DNA from: Octopus vulgaris
Taxonomy: Eukaryota
Length of the DNA: 64,000 nucleotides
Direction of reading: 5' to 3'
NCBI GenBank assembly: GCA_951406725.2
Contig: OX597829.1
Span: 27,590,001 to 27,654,000, forward strand
The notes beneath the pieces were generated by a model. That model was given only the letters and a program-made list of their open reading frames with translations, was not told the origin of the DNA and ran no database searches. Every line of letters begins with the position of its first letter. The stretch's first letter is position 1. Positions 24,700 to 38,406 of the stretch are shown here, piece after piece. A program made the position numbers and the translations under genes.

Positions 24700-26000
24700 A
24701 TGGGCTTCTAATAAGTTCAAGTCTGAACAAATCTTTTGATCATAGCATACTGATGACTCGGCTCTTGTTCATTCTCTGGAAGTACTACTACAGACCATCA
24801 TCTCAGCAGCCGTTACTGCTTTTGAAAGATCGGCGTTGATCCACAATGCCCCATAGACGGTGACCTCTGACAGTGGCACACTACATCAAATTAGCCCCTC
24901 GTCTCCATTTCCTCACTTCAACAAAAACAACAAGCCGCTCTCTTCCAATTCAGATACTCTTATTAGCAACATTTCTCATGTTAAACATTGACTGAGGAAA
25001 TTCAGAATCTCCTCGAACAGGTGCCTATCTACCTTTCGGAATGTTCAGAAAGTGACTTAGCAAGCACCAAGTCCTCGTAATAGGGCGGTGAGCTGGCAGG
25101 AACGTTAAGCACGTCGGGCGAAATGCTTAGCTGTATTTCGTCTGTCTTTACGATCTGAGTTCGAATTCCACCGAGGTCGACTTTGCCTTTCATCCTTTCG
25201 GGGTCGATTAAATAAGTACCAGTTACGCACTGGGGTCGATATAATCGACTTGATCCGTTTGTCTTTCCTTGTTTGTCCTCTCTGTGTTTAGCCATTTGTG
25301 GGTAGTAAAGAAATAGTTATTTCGTCTGTCTTTATGTTCTGAGTTCGAATTCTACCGAGGTCGATTTTGCCTTTCATCCTTTCGGGGTCGATAAATTAAG
25401 TACCAGTTGGCGTACTGGGGGTCGATTTAATCGACTGGCTCACTCCCCCAAAATTTCGGGCCTTGTGCCTAGAGTAGAAAAGAATAGTACCCGGGACTGT
25501 TGGCAGTTGTATATTTGTCTCTCGCCTGTATCTTGTTTGAACGAGGATCGGCTGACACTGAAATCTAGGATACCGTTAACACCCAGTGTGTCTGGAGATC
25601 ATTCTAGTCGCCAGGTGAAATTAGGATAACATATGTAGAAACGTTTCATTGAACCCACACTAGGTGGGCATCGTTTAAGATGGTTTTTCACTTGTAGCGT
25701 GCCTGTTTGGCTCGTGTTTCTCCTCTTACAGCCATATGGTCAAGGCTTTGGTTCACAGACGTTTTGAAAGGAAGCGATATCAATCTTATAAAAAAACGGG
25801 AAACATTGCTTATCCGTCGATTCACTTTGGTAGTTGACAGCCTCAATGTTGAGATGGGATTGAAGATAAAGGTGGAGAAACGCGCTGACCATTATGAGAA
25901 GCGAGAAAAGTGGTACGCTGTTACTCCAACCAATGTCCTATCTATAATAACTGCGGTTGTACATCAAATGTAGATAGAGTATATTCAACAAAGACCCACT
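24700..26000 (-). mobile_element. Degraded RTE-type LINE endonuclease remnant, interrupted by a SINE dimer
   Basis: Minus-strand fragments LNIEAVNYQS..FYKIDIASFQ, EEKHE..VKNHLKRC and YYEDL follow the RTE APE motif order. Confidence 0.5.
25083..25486 (+). mobile_element. SINE family B dimer
   Basis: Two well-preserved units; AATAG on both flanks (possible TSD). Confidence 0.85.
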
Positions 26001-26619
26001 AATGAAGAAAGAGGTCATCGGATGCGATAAACAACCGTGTGTGTGTGTGTATGTATGTGTTATAACTGATATGAATATTAGTTGGTTGATTAAGTGGTAC
26101 AGAGAGTTAACATTAGAAGTACAGGATGAGTGCGCGCATACACAGTGAGAGAACGAACCTTAGAAACAGTGGAGGAAGTGGACGAGAGGGAGGAGTAAAT
26201 GGCAGAGTAGTTATTGGAGGAGTTATGCAGAAGATAGATTTGTTTGATTTTATTTTGAAGTAAAAAAATATTTTACTTATGAAAGTTAGTTTTAAATTAC
26301 ACCATTTTATATATAAGCACCAAGGAATCTTGATAAAAAAGTTTAATGTAATTATTGCATTTATGACATATTTCCCTGATATTAACTGATGGTTACCCAC
26401 CCGTCCGTCTGTTTTTTCATGTTGGACGGTCATAGACCTAGTTCCTTCATTGGGAGTCACGGCCCTTCTAAACAAGTCAGGACTATGTCTCATTTGTGCG
26501 TTCTGTTTTGGTTTTTTTGGCATGTTTTCTCTGATTCAATACACTTCTTGTCACTAACCATTTTACAATATATTTGCGCGCTGGCATGTGTGTGTACAAA
26601 AGAGAAAGTAGTTTCTAAA

Positions 26620-26769
26620 GAAGTCATGGGCAAACTGCGCTCTGCGGGACTTTTTGAATGGCACGCCTAATGAAAAATTGCCTTGTATTGTTTTTTTAGT
26701 AGTACGGCTCACCTGATAATGAGCCATGTCTTATGCGGCCCGCTTCTCGAAAAACGTTGCTCACTACTG
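26620..26769. mobile_element. hAT-type MITE, degraded
   Basis: ATGGGCAAACTGCG..CTGCGGG ... ATGCGGCCC..CGTTGCTCACTACTG, typical of Charlie-like ends. Confidence 0.5.
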
Positions 26770-27164
26770 TCCTGTACCATATTAAACTGGCCCCTCAAAA
26801 TGCTTCAGTTGATTGCAGCTAAACTAATTTTAAAGCCTGAAAGTTTACTCTATGAATGTACGTACATACATACATACATACATACATACACATAAATGCA
26901 TACATACATACATACATGCATAGAATTGCTTTAACTGAGGAAGGTTTATGTAATGGATACATTTCCTATTATATATTAAGCAAACCTGAAACGTACGTAT
27001 TAAATTATTTCAATATATCACTGTTTCGTTTGACTTCATTATTACAACTATATATATATATATATACAAACAAACAATACTTTTGCCCACCATTAACGGT
27101 GTATTCATCTACTTCTTACCCCGTTCCTATATGTTCGTAAATATGTCAAATATTTACAAAGTAG

Positions 27165-27195
<31 letters not shown>

Positions 27196-27209
27196 AATAA
27201 TAATAATAA

Positions 27210-27420
27210 TGCTTTCTACTATAGGCACAAGGCTTGAAATTTGGAGGAGGAGGGGGGGGGGCTAGTCGATTTCATCGACCCCCAGTGCACAACTTGTACT
27301 TAAATTATCGATCCCAAAGGGGTGACGAGCAAAGCCGACCACGGAGAAAGAACATAAAAACGAACGAAATGCCACCATGCATTTTTGTTCGCTGTTAACC
27401 ATTCTGCCAGCTGCCCGCCT
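27210..27420 (-). mobile_element. SINE family B
   Basis: Flanked by (TAA)n/(GAT)n; consensus match. Confidence 0.7.
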
Positions 27421-29354
27421 TAATAATAATAATAATAACAATGACGATGATGATCAGCGTTTAGAAATTGATACATCTCTAAATTCGTGATTTTTCCCCC
27501 CCTCTTTACAAAACCTAAAGACTGTGCTCCATCTTAGACTTAGCCTAGAGAAGAGTAACCTTTGTTTAATCTTGATTGTTTTTTTTTTTTTGTTTGTTTT
27601 TTTATCATTATTCGGCGAACTTTCAGAATAGCTGTCCTGCATAAGTTTTTCCGTATCACATATTTCAAAAGAATGGGTGAGGGGGAGAGGAAGCCCTTTT
27701 TTGTTTGTTTGTTTGTTTTAAACTTAAATTTTAAAATTTTATTCGTCATTCTTGTAGAGCGATATTTATTTCTACAATATTTGTTAACTTAAAATACGGA
27801 ATATTTTTTTGGAAAAAAACCATTGTTTAAATATATTCTATATATTTTTTTTTCTTAAATCTTGTTAATTGTTTTGTTTATATCCCCCTCGTTCTCCTCC
27901 TGTTAACAATATTGTTACTGACAGCGAAAAACTACAATTACATTCATATCAACCAAGTAAAACTAGATTTTTTATTTTTAACGTCATCTTTTTGTTTGTT
28001 GATTACCAGTTAATTTTAACTTTTTTTCTTTTGAAACCGAGTTTGCTTTTACTTCAGTTTTACCATATGTCGATAAAAATCTTCGCATAAAACATATGAT
28101 CTCTGAGAAACATACATTTGACGGATTATCTCGAGTGCCTTGTTTTAGAAGACATTTCTTTATGGTTTGTTTAACCCGAAAAAGCGAAACGCGGTGTGAC
28201 GAATATTTTTTTACTTTTTCCCTGTCCAAAACATATTCATAAGTTTGTCTTTGCGTCCATACTTGTTCTCAGACTTTTAATTAGCCCTCGTTTCATACGT
28301 TCATGTACTATAATTCTTTTCTTTCATAAGTCCCTAGTTTTAAAGCCAGGAACTTTTCAGCACTCCCTCGTATGATAACTTTGGTTGCCCGGGAAATATG
28401 TCCTGTGTATCACGTGATACACAGTGTAATATATACAGGACACGTGAAAGGGTTAACAAATAGCCTGAGGTGCCCGTATCCTTCCAGGGGTGCGAAATGG
28501 CTTTGTTGTTGAGATGCAATATAAATGGGGATTTATTTTTAATTAGCTATTAAAAAAATTAACTTCAGAAATTCTTGAATGCTTGTAGGGGAATACGAAA
28601 ATGCTGGGAAACACTGCTATAAATAATAGTTTCCGTAGCATATCTATAGATTAGTGCACTCCACCCCAAATTTTACAGATACATTTTCGAGACTTAAATA
28701 TTTAGATAGGTTTTGGCTAGTATTGGGCCCAGGCCATGGCAAACTTAATAAGCAGCAACAAACAGTACCTGGAGAAGACAATAATCATGTTGCATGTTAT
28801 CGTTATATTTATGGGCACCGTAGCCCATTCGAGATAACAGAATATTGTTTGTAGAAATGTATCTGGGCGTCGGTGGTTTATCTGGAATTTATTAGAGGAT
28901 TACAGTTATATTTATAAAATTAGGATTTGAAAAAAAAGAAATGAGCAATTTTTTTGTTGTAGGAGTTTGGGAGTAGTCTCTTTCTCTCTCTCCCCTAGCC
29001 TCGCTCGATTTTGTTGCAACCAATTTCTGTGACACATTTTTTTCTCTCCCCTTTTAGATTTATAAGTGTGAACCATCAACATAATTGTAACCTATATTCT
29101 GGGCGTGGGGGGGAAAGACCCCCCCCCCGCATTTCTGAAGAATATAATCTAAATAATAGCCATATTTTTAATTAGAATTACAATGAAAAAAAAAAAAAAA
29201 AATTAAGTTGAGAGTGGGGCAGTAAGAAAGAGACAGATAATTGTAATTAATCTATACTCTGGAAAATGTATCTCTACAAAATTGCATTTAAAAATAATGG
29301 GTTTTTTTTTAAGAAACAAAAGTCTTGAGTGGAGAAAGGGATCCGAAACACACG

Positions 29355-29418
<64 letters not shown>

Positions 29419-29924
29419 AATATATATCAGACACAACAGTGTGTATATATATATATATATATAGCAGAAGCATCGTGCGATAATTGTAATCTAGCCTCTG
29501 GCTGGAAAAAGAATATTTGGAAAATTTTGTTGAAAAAGAAACATGCATGATTCAGAAAGTTGTGGAGAAAGTAAAAGTTAGTTGTGGCGAAGAGGTGGGC
29601 TTCAAACTGTAGTTATGCTGACATTTATTTATCTGCAGATTTTTTAATTTTTATTTTTGTTTCCTAATAATCTCTTATCACAAATTGTAAACCTAATTTC
29701 CTCCATGTGCAGTATTAATGTATCGAACAGGATTTCTTGTTCAGTTTCTATAACGACGTCGTCGTTTTAACATCATTATTTCGTTGCACGAAAATATACA
29801 TTTACCTAGTCCTTCTAATTAAATTGTAATAATAGCTAAGACGTAATTTGTGGAAACTTGTTACGTGACCTATAATTGTACAGGTACACACGCACATATG
29901 TATGCATATATTAATGCATGCATA

Positions 29925-29991
<67 letters not shown>

Positions 29992-30672
29992 CACACTCAC
30001 ACACATGCATACATAGCACACACGTGTTGTAAAACGGATAAGTTTGTCTTATTTATTTTCCTTGTAGGCCTTATCTACATTGAACTATCCGCTGTGTTGT
30101 ATGTACAGATTTTGCAAGTTTTCTATTTTCTCTCTCTCATATACACTACACACACACACACTCACTAATTCGTAAGACGAGTTTTGTCATACTCATAACC
30201 ATCATCATCATCAGTTAATTAATTCTCAGGCATTCAAAAACTATAAGGTTCTATTTCTTGGTCCCGTAGTTAATTTATATGGTAGGTGCCCCCCCCCCCC
30301 CCTCGCCATCTCTGATAACTGATTATTAAGTATCGCTATGTCGAAAAAAAAAAAACTCGTGTGTGTGTGTATAAATTTACTTTTGAAACGAAGTATGAAA
30401 CACGCTAATAAAATTACACAAAGAAATTTATAATCATAATTCAAAATTTGAGTAGAAGAAAAGGTATTATCGAAGAGTAAATAAAATATCTTCTGTTGTA
30501 ATTTAGTCTCCCCTCTATGTATATTACCAAATGAGTTTAAATTGTGGAGCCTGATTTTGTTGTCTTTTGTTCTTCGTTAGTCGACAAAAAATAAAATGGT
30601 ATTGGCAATGTAACCCCAATTTGATTTGAAAGCAAAATTTGCTACACATCTCCTTTACAAATAATATATATT

Positions 30673-30715
<43 letters not shown>

Positions 30716-30935
30716 TTTTTCCTCAACGCACTATAAAAATGTATTCATTTATTTAAATCAGTGGTGAAAAAAAAAAAATCGTTCTTGAAATGTGGGGTAA
30801 AAAGTTTTTAATAGTAACACAATAAGTATATGATGATGTTATTCCTAGATTTAGCTGAAAAAGAAAAAAGTAAATTAAAACTTTTTTCTTTGGTTAAATT
30901 ATGAATTCAATAATAATAATAATAATAATAATAAT

Positions 30936-31135
30936 CTTTTTTAATATAGGCACAAGGCCTGAAATGTTGAGGGAAGGGGACTTAGTCAATTACATCGAAC
31001 TCAGTGCGTAAATAATACTTAATTTATCGACCCCGAAAGAATGAAAGGCAAAATCGACCTCGGCGGAATTTGAACTCAGAACGTAAAGACAGGCGAAATA
31101 CCGCTAAGTATTTTACCCGGCCTGCTAACGATTCT
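30936..31135 (-). mobile_element. SINE family B
   Basis: Consensus match; (TAA)n flanks. Confidence 0.8.
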
Positions 31136-31369
31136 GAATAATGATAATAATAATAATATATATTATTATTATTATTATTATTATTATTTACAATGATTAA
31201 AATATAAAAAGATTTTCATCGTTAAGAATTAGCTTCCCCATCTCTTTTCTCTCACCTTCCATCTATGCGCGATTTGGCGACTATTGTCTTTTTAAAACAG
31301 CAAAGGGGGGAAGGGTACCTTCACACACACATACATATATATACACACACACACACACACACTCACATA

Positions 31370-31422
<53 letters not shown>

Positions 31423-32839
31423 AGAGAGAGGGAGAGAGATTTTTAATGGTTCTTTTATGTAACTAACTTCAACTATATATTTTTTCATTATCTTCAGCGT
31501 GTTTCTAACTATCTTTGTTTCAAATTACACACACACACAAAAACATATATTTCATTATTTCGGCATAGCGATACTAGAAATCAATCCAGTCATTAGGACT
31601 CTATATACATATTGCTTTATAATAATAATAATAATAATAATAACAATAAGCATTAGACAGACCGTAATATTATATATAGGTATTGTGTGTGTATCTGTGT
31701 ATGTATGTCATCTGATGGTAAAAAAAAAAAAATTCGATTCAAAATTACTGGATTATATATATTAAAAGAATCAGCTTAGATGTTGTTACAGGATCGCATT
31801 AACTAGATTATCGGAAAATTGTTTATTTTGTTTATCAACTTTTGTTTTTGTTCCCTTCCAAATAATAATAATAATAATAATAATAATTGTTGTTGTTGTT
31901 ATTGCTATTTTACTATTATTATTGATGTTCTTCTTCTTATTATTATTATTTCTAATTTCGGGTGGGAGAACAAGTCGGTTACATCGACCCTTGTACTTCA
32001 CGGTACTTTGTTTTATTTCTCCCCGAGAGGATGAAAGGCAAAAAACACACACAGATAATTAAAATATATCTTGATGAAAAGATACAACCTCCTCCTGGGC
32101 CGTGTGAACGCTCACTACAACTCTGATCGCCATCATCGACCCCCATCCCAAACCCTACCATCATCATCATCATCATCATCGCCTTGATGTTCCTCCTTGT
32201 GTAATATCCTGTCCAGGTACTGAATACTGCTTTGTCTTGGGAAAATATACCTGTGAAAAATCCTGGTTTCAGAATAGACAACGGAAAAGTGGTTCTTACG
32301 TTCGTCCCCCCCACCCCGTGTACCTCTTCATCTTTATCATCACCACCACCACCACATCTCTGTTATTATTGAAGTATGGGTTTCTACATTAAATCCCCCC
32401 ACAAAAAAAAAAAATTTTTCCTTTTTTTTTTTCGTTTTTTTTTTTTTTTTTTACGAACTGCCGACCCTTTCTATGCTCCATATAGTCGGAGACCTAATCT
32501 ACCCGCAAAAATCTGCACTTTCTCTTTGCCCAAATAAATAAATGTAGGTTAAGTCATCCATCAGTCCTGCCTGCCTTCGTTTGCTATGAAAAACCATGGG
32601 GGTTGGAAGTCTGTGTGAGAGTAGTGGTGGTGGGGACGCGTACTGCTCGGCGTCATCCCTTCCCTTAAGGTTCATTTTTTTTGAGGTGGGAGTTTAAAGA
32701 GTGGTTCTTACGTTCCTGCCCCTCCCCTCTCCTTCCCTCCTTGCCTTCACCGTCACCACCACCACCACCACCAACCTCGTTATCGGTCTTCCCAGTGTCT
32801 CCGGGCATTTATTAAAAATTTTTACCAGCATTTAATATA

Positions 32840-33015
32840 ATCCTTTCTAAAAATAGGCACAAGGCCTGAAATTTGTGGTGAGAGGACAAGTCGATTACAT
32901 CGACCCCTAAAGGATGAAAGGTAAAGTCGACCTCGGCGTAATTTGAACTCAGAACGTGTAGACGGGCGAAGTACCGCTATGCATTTTGCTCGGCGTGCTA
33001 ACGGTTCTGCCAGCC
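32840..33015 (-). mobile_element. SINE family B
   Basis: Consensus match with an internal deletion. Confidence 0.75.
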
Positions 33016-33093
33016 CGATTTCACTTATACTCACTGATATTGGTAAATACTCGAAAAGGATGGTTAGTTACCGACATTTAAGGTTGTGTTTTA

Positions 33094-33170
<77 letters not shown>

Positions 33171-33437
33171 TGTGTGTTGACAGACTAATGCAACGGAAAC
33201 TGTGCGGAAGCCAGTCGTGTATGTGGATATGTCCGTCGGTGTGTTTGTTCCGCACCGTTTTGGTAACGTGGGTCGATTTGTTTTCGCCATCCATAGCTTA
33301 GTAGTTTCGGTTAGTCTCATACAATAAGCAGCGGGGTTAACTTAAAACTAATGGGGCCGACTCGATCGAATGAATTTTACAAGTGTGATGCCTCAGTCCT
33401 ACGATTGAAACAAATGAAGGAAGAAAAAGAAAAAAAC

Positions 33438-33567
33438 AGGCATAGCTGTGTGGTAAGAAGCTTGCTTACCAACCACGTGGTTCCGGCTTCTGTCCCACTG
33501 CGTGCACCTTGGGCAACCCCAAACCAACCAAAGCTTTGAACTGAAAGAAACCTGTTGTATAATGCGC

Positions 33568-33616
<49 letters not shown>

Positions 33617-34305
33617 CTGTGTTTGTTCCTCCATTATCACTTGACAACCTACGTCCCACGCAACTTAGCGGTTCGGCAAAAAATAACGATAGAATTAAGT
33701 ACTGGGCTTAAAAAAGAAGTCCTGGGGTTGATTTGTTCGACTAAAATTTTAAAAAACCCTTCAAGGAGGTGCTCCACTCAAATGGCTAAAACAATAATAT
33801 GAATATGGGCGTGGTTGAGAAGCTCGCAGCATCTTGGGCAAGTGCTTTCAAGTACTATAACCCCGGGCTGACCAACAAGCCTTGCGAGTGAATTTAGTAG
33901 ACAGAAACGGTGTGGAAGCCCGTCATCTATATACATGTGTGTGAGTTTCTGTGTTTACCGATGTTTATTTCGAATCACAGACAATTACACCCCATAGGAT
34001 AATTCCCCACCCCACCCTCGACGACAACTACTCCCTTGGACAATTATTCCCGTTGGTTAATTACCCCCTCTCTAATATTAAGAAGTTTTAAATCATCATC
34101 TGTTATCCATGGGGTGGGGGTAAATGTTCTAGAGTCGGGTTTATTTGCTTTTTTTTATATTCCCAAAATTTAGCGATTCGGTAAAAGTGACCAATAGAAT
34201 AAGCACCAAACTTGAAGTAGTTTTGTGGAATTGTTCGACTGAAACCTTTCAAGGTGGTGCCCCAGCATGGCTGCAGTCCAATGACTGAAATTAGTTAAAC
34301 ATAAA
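33438..34305 (+). mobile_element. Two SINE family A copies, the second with a nested small MITE-like insert (~33970-34138)
   Basis: Heads at 33438 and ~33805; the insert carries repeated CAATTAC/TCCC subterminal motifs. Confidence 0.65.
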
Positions 34306-35208
34306 AGATATATATATATATATATATATTAGTTAATCATATTCATTTGTTATGCTTTTTCTTTTCGTTCTTAGTTCAAATCCCGCCATGGTCAAACTTC
34401 GCCTTGCATTTCTTGATATGTCGACTAATCCTTACTCTCAAAATTCTTGGCACAGAAACGATTATTATTATTTGTCAGAATCGTTAAGATCGCCCAAAGA
34501 AATATGCTGTATCGTTTCGGCCCTTTTCAAATCGTGCCGAAGTCAACTTTGCCTTTCATCTTTTTTTGTGGGGACCGGTAGATAAAGTATCAGTCATGTA
34601 CTAGGCTGATGGTATTGACTACTCCCACCTCCAAATTGTTAGTCTTGTACCTAACTTAGAAATCATAATCATTATTATTTATGGTGTTTTCTCGAATTAC
34701 CACCCTTGGTGTACTCATCCCAACTTTTGGAAATTATCTTTATGATTTGTGTTTTCATGGTTTTTGTTATAATTTTTATTGTTATTGTGTATATTTTGTC
34801 TTTTGGTGTTGCCCTCAGTGCCTTGGGTCCTTGTGGCCAACGAAAGAAATCATCAATTGACAGAATCGCTGGCGCGTTTCTTTCTATTCCGAGTCGAAAT
34901 TCCATCGAAGTCGACTTTGCCTTTCAACCTTTCAGGGTCGATAAAATAAGGTACTAGTCAAGTAGTGGAGTAGATGTAATCGATTCACCCCACTCCGGCC
35001 TCTAAGATTGTTGGCCTTTTGCCAAAGTTTGAAACCATTATCATCATCATCGGCACGATGCATTTGACTGAATCTTTGGATACGTTCCTTTCCACTTCCG
35101 GATCTCCTCTTTTGAGGTAGGGTTTTTTTTTTGTACATGAGAATGGAGAAAAACTTGGTGTGTAAGAGGCGTCAAACGGTTCGTTAAAACAGCGTTTGAC
35201 TCTTATAA

Positions 35209-35400
35209 TCTATTATATAAAATCCGTTCTGTCTGTGTGTGTGTCTTCTAGGATCTCGGGCATTCTCCATCCGATTGCGCTCAAATTTGATATGTAGATA
35301 CCGACGTGTATAAGTCTTGAAAAAATTACAAAAATCGATTCCAGGTGAGAATGCGATCGATAAAGCCGTAGGAACGTGCACCGTCCATTGGACGGGGGGG
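35209..35400 (+). mobile_element. Helitron-like 5' fragment
   Basis: A|TCTATTATATAAAA..GTCTGTGTGTG start similar to the other Helitrons here; no 3' end found. Confidence 0.45.
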
Positions 35401-36044
35401 GGGGCATTTTGCTCGTAAATTATAATGAATCAGCTATCTGCTGTCTCAGTATTAATAATGTCATATTGTTACAATTACTTCAATACCTGGAGGTATTGTG
35501 GCGTATGCGTGTTTGTGTACTGATATGTAGCTATGAATATATGTATATACATCGGTATGTATGTGTGGACTTATGTATATTTGTACGTACATATGCATAA
35601 TACACACAATTGCGCGCACTCTTACGTGTATGTATACACATAAATGCATACATATATTGATGTATATACATCGTTATTACATATGTACTCGCTAAACATG
35701 TTTGAATTACCTGTGCAACTGATACATTACCTATTTTCACGACTCTTTTCATTTTACGTTTTAAGTCTTTTTTTTTTTCTTTCTTCATATGCTTTTTGCC
35801 CAATCAGTAAAAGTTTCTTTTTTCCTTTTCAAGTTATTTTTTTATTGGTACTATGTAGTAGTTTTCATTATACGTTTAATCGTTTTGCTTCTGAAATATC
35901 TCTCACAATAATTCAAATATATATTGTGTGCGTTGGAAGAGTTCTCTTAAAGGCTAATGAAGATTTCTGAGTGCAGCCATTTTAAATTGTTAGTTTTATG
36001 CGTCATGTCTCTTTTCGAGTTGTTTTGTGTGTGTGTGTGTGTGT

Positions 36045-36235
36045 TTAAGTCACTGGACTGCAGCCATACTACGACACCACCTCGAAGGGGTTTGGTCGAA
36101 CAAATCCACCCCAGTACTTATTTTTAAGTTTGGTACTGAATCTATCGGGCCCTTTGACGAACTGCTAAGTTATGAGGGTGTATGTAAGCAAACCAAACAC
36201 CTGTTGTCAAGCAATGGGTGGGTGACTGCTTGGAA

Positions 36236-36294
<59 letters not shown>

Positions 36295-36440
36295 AGGTTT
36301 CCACACATTTTCCGTCTACCAAATTCGCTGAAAAGCATTGGTCGGATCGGGGCTATAATTGAAGACACTTGCCCAATGTTCCGTTCAGTGGGACTGAAAC
36401 CTGAAACCATGCGGTTGCAAAGCGAGCTTTTAATCACGCA
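36045..36440 (-). mobile_element. SINE family A
   Basis: Reverse-complement match with central (TA)n. Confidence 0.7.
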
Positions 36441-36592
36441 ACGAAAATATAAAAATTATAGGTGGATATCATATAGAGAGTAGTATCGTATGTCTAAATA
36501 TATGAATTGTATGGCCTTGTAGCCATGTAGTAAATAATTACTTAAGCAAGTAATGAATGTTATTCCAAATATGCCTTTTTTTTTATTATCTA

Positions 36593-36996
36593 CTAGCAGT
36601 ATAGCCCGGCGTTGCTCGGGTTTGTTTGTTTTTCGACCCTTTAGAATTGGAATTTTTGAAAAGTAAAATTTTTGCATTATGTAGCTTGTTATTCTCTTTA
36701 AGTGAACATTTTTCTGGTTGAAATACACCGAAAAATGGCGACACAGCAGTCAAAAAATCGTAAAAAATAGGGATTTTCATAGAAAAAAAGCGCCTTTTTG
36801 ATGTAAATAATTTTTGGTCCGATTTGAATTTTTTTCTTCTACGGAATGAAGAGCAAGCCTTCTTCTATCATACTCTCAATTTTGGCCAACTTGCGCCGCA
36901 GGATCTCGGAGGAGATAGTGTTAGTTGAAGGCTACCAAACCTGTCACACTCACACATACATACACACACACACAACTTCAGCTTTATATATATAGA
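36593..36996 (-). mobile_element. Non-autonomous Helitron, second subfamily
   Basis: Same 5' TCTATATATATAAA and 3' hairpin + CTAG termini as 1146-1814, with different internal sequence. Confidence 0.8.
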
Positions 36997-37477
36997 TTAA
37001 CTGACTTATTTATTTATTTGTCGCTTGTGGAATGGCAGTGCGCCAGACCGTTTTTCATGGCCTCTCGTGATCTATGCCAGGAAGATATCCTGAAAACCAT
37101 AGGATCTGTTGTGAATGCTTTTCTATCAGTATCTCTTTTTGTTAAAATATAGTTGAATATAAATTTATGATTGATTGTTAATTTACAATTTCTATCTTCT
37201 CGATATTTGCCTATTTTTTTGCGAAGAAACTTAATTTTCAATTAACACAGTACGCATTTGCATTAAAAACAATATTTGTTTATGATTTGTACAGTGGATA
37301 AAAGAGTTTTGCATGTATGTGGGTGGGGGGTGGGGGGTATTACCGAAGAAAGCATTTTTCTGTTGCTAAGCTTGTTTTTTAAAAATATATTTATTAATAA
37401 TTTTAAAAGCCGTATGAAATTTAAGCTCGTGAGTCGAATCTGAACGCATGTATTACGTGATATAGAGGATATCATAA

Positions 37478-37800
37478 AGTGGTTTAGGATATTCGATTCG
37501 TGGCGTATGTCTTAGTAGGTGTAAAGTCGTAAATTCAATTCCCAGTGGCGCGTCGTGTCTTCGAGTGAAACACTTTATTTCACATTGTTTTAGTCCAGTC
37601 AGCCAGCAAAAATGAATAGTACCCGTAATTCAAAGGACCCAGCCTTGTCACATTCTGTGCCGCGCCGAATCTCCCCGAGGACTACGTTAAGGGTACGCAT
37701 GTCTGTGGAGTGCTTAGCCACTTGCATGTTCATTTCACGAGCAGGCTGTTCTACTGATCGGATCAACTGGAACCCTCGTCGCCGTCGTAACCGACGGAAT
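37478..37800 (+). mobile_element. SINE family C, older copy
   Basis: Diverged homolog of 38086-38406. Confidence 0.75.
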
Positions 37801-38006
37801 GCCATTCTGTGTGGCTTACAAGAGATCGCAGGTGGAATCCTTCTGCAGGTGAAGCATACTAGCTAAGTGTCGAAACGTTTGTAATCCTGAGGTACGTACT
37901 GAAGATACGAAAGGGTTTCCAACATTGTGATAACTTTCAGGAGATCACTTTCAGGAGAAGAGCTTACAATATCTCTTAGTGGGTCTCTTGTGCTTGCGTG
38001 CGTGTG

Positions 38007-38082
<76 letters not shown>

Positions 38083-38085
38083 GTG

Positions 38086-38406
38086 TGAGGGAGCGTGGCT
38101 TAGTGGTTAGGGCATTCGGCTCATGATCGTAAGGTTGTGAGTTCGATTCCCGGCGACGCGTTGTGTCCTTGAGCAAGACACTTTATTTCACGTTGCTCCA
38201 GTCCACTCAGCTGGCAAAAATGAGTTGTACTTGTATTTCAAAGGGTCAGCCTTGTCACTCTCTGTGTCACGCTGATTATCCCCGAGAACTACGTTAAGGG
38301 TACACGTGTCTGTGGAATGCTCAGCCATTTGCACGTTAATTTCACGAGCAAGCTGTTCCGTTGATCGTATCAGCTGGGACCCTCGTCGTCGTAACCGGCG
38401 GAGTCT
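38086..38406 (+). mobile_element. SINE family C (tRNA head with A and B boxes, CORE-like domain), young
   Basis: TGGCTTAGTGG A-box, GTTCGATTCC B-box, TTGTGTCCTTGAGCAAGACACTT; near-identical to 63348-63662. Confidence 0.85.

Noticed and set aside
38086-38165. tRNA gene
   Set aside because: The A/B-box head runs into a SINE body repeated at 37478 and 63348; no complete cloverleaf
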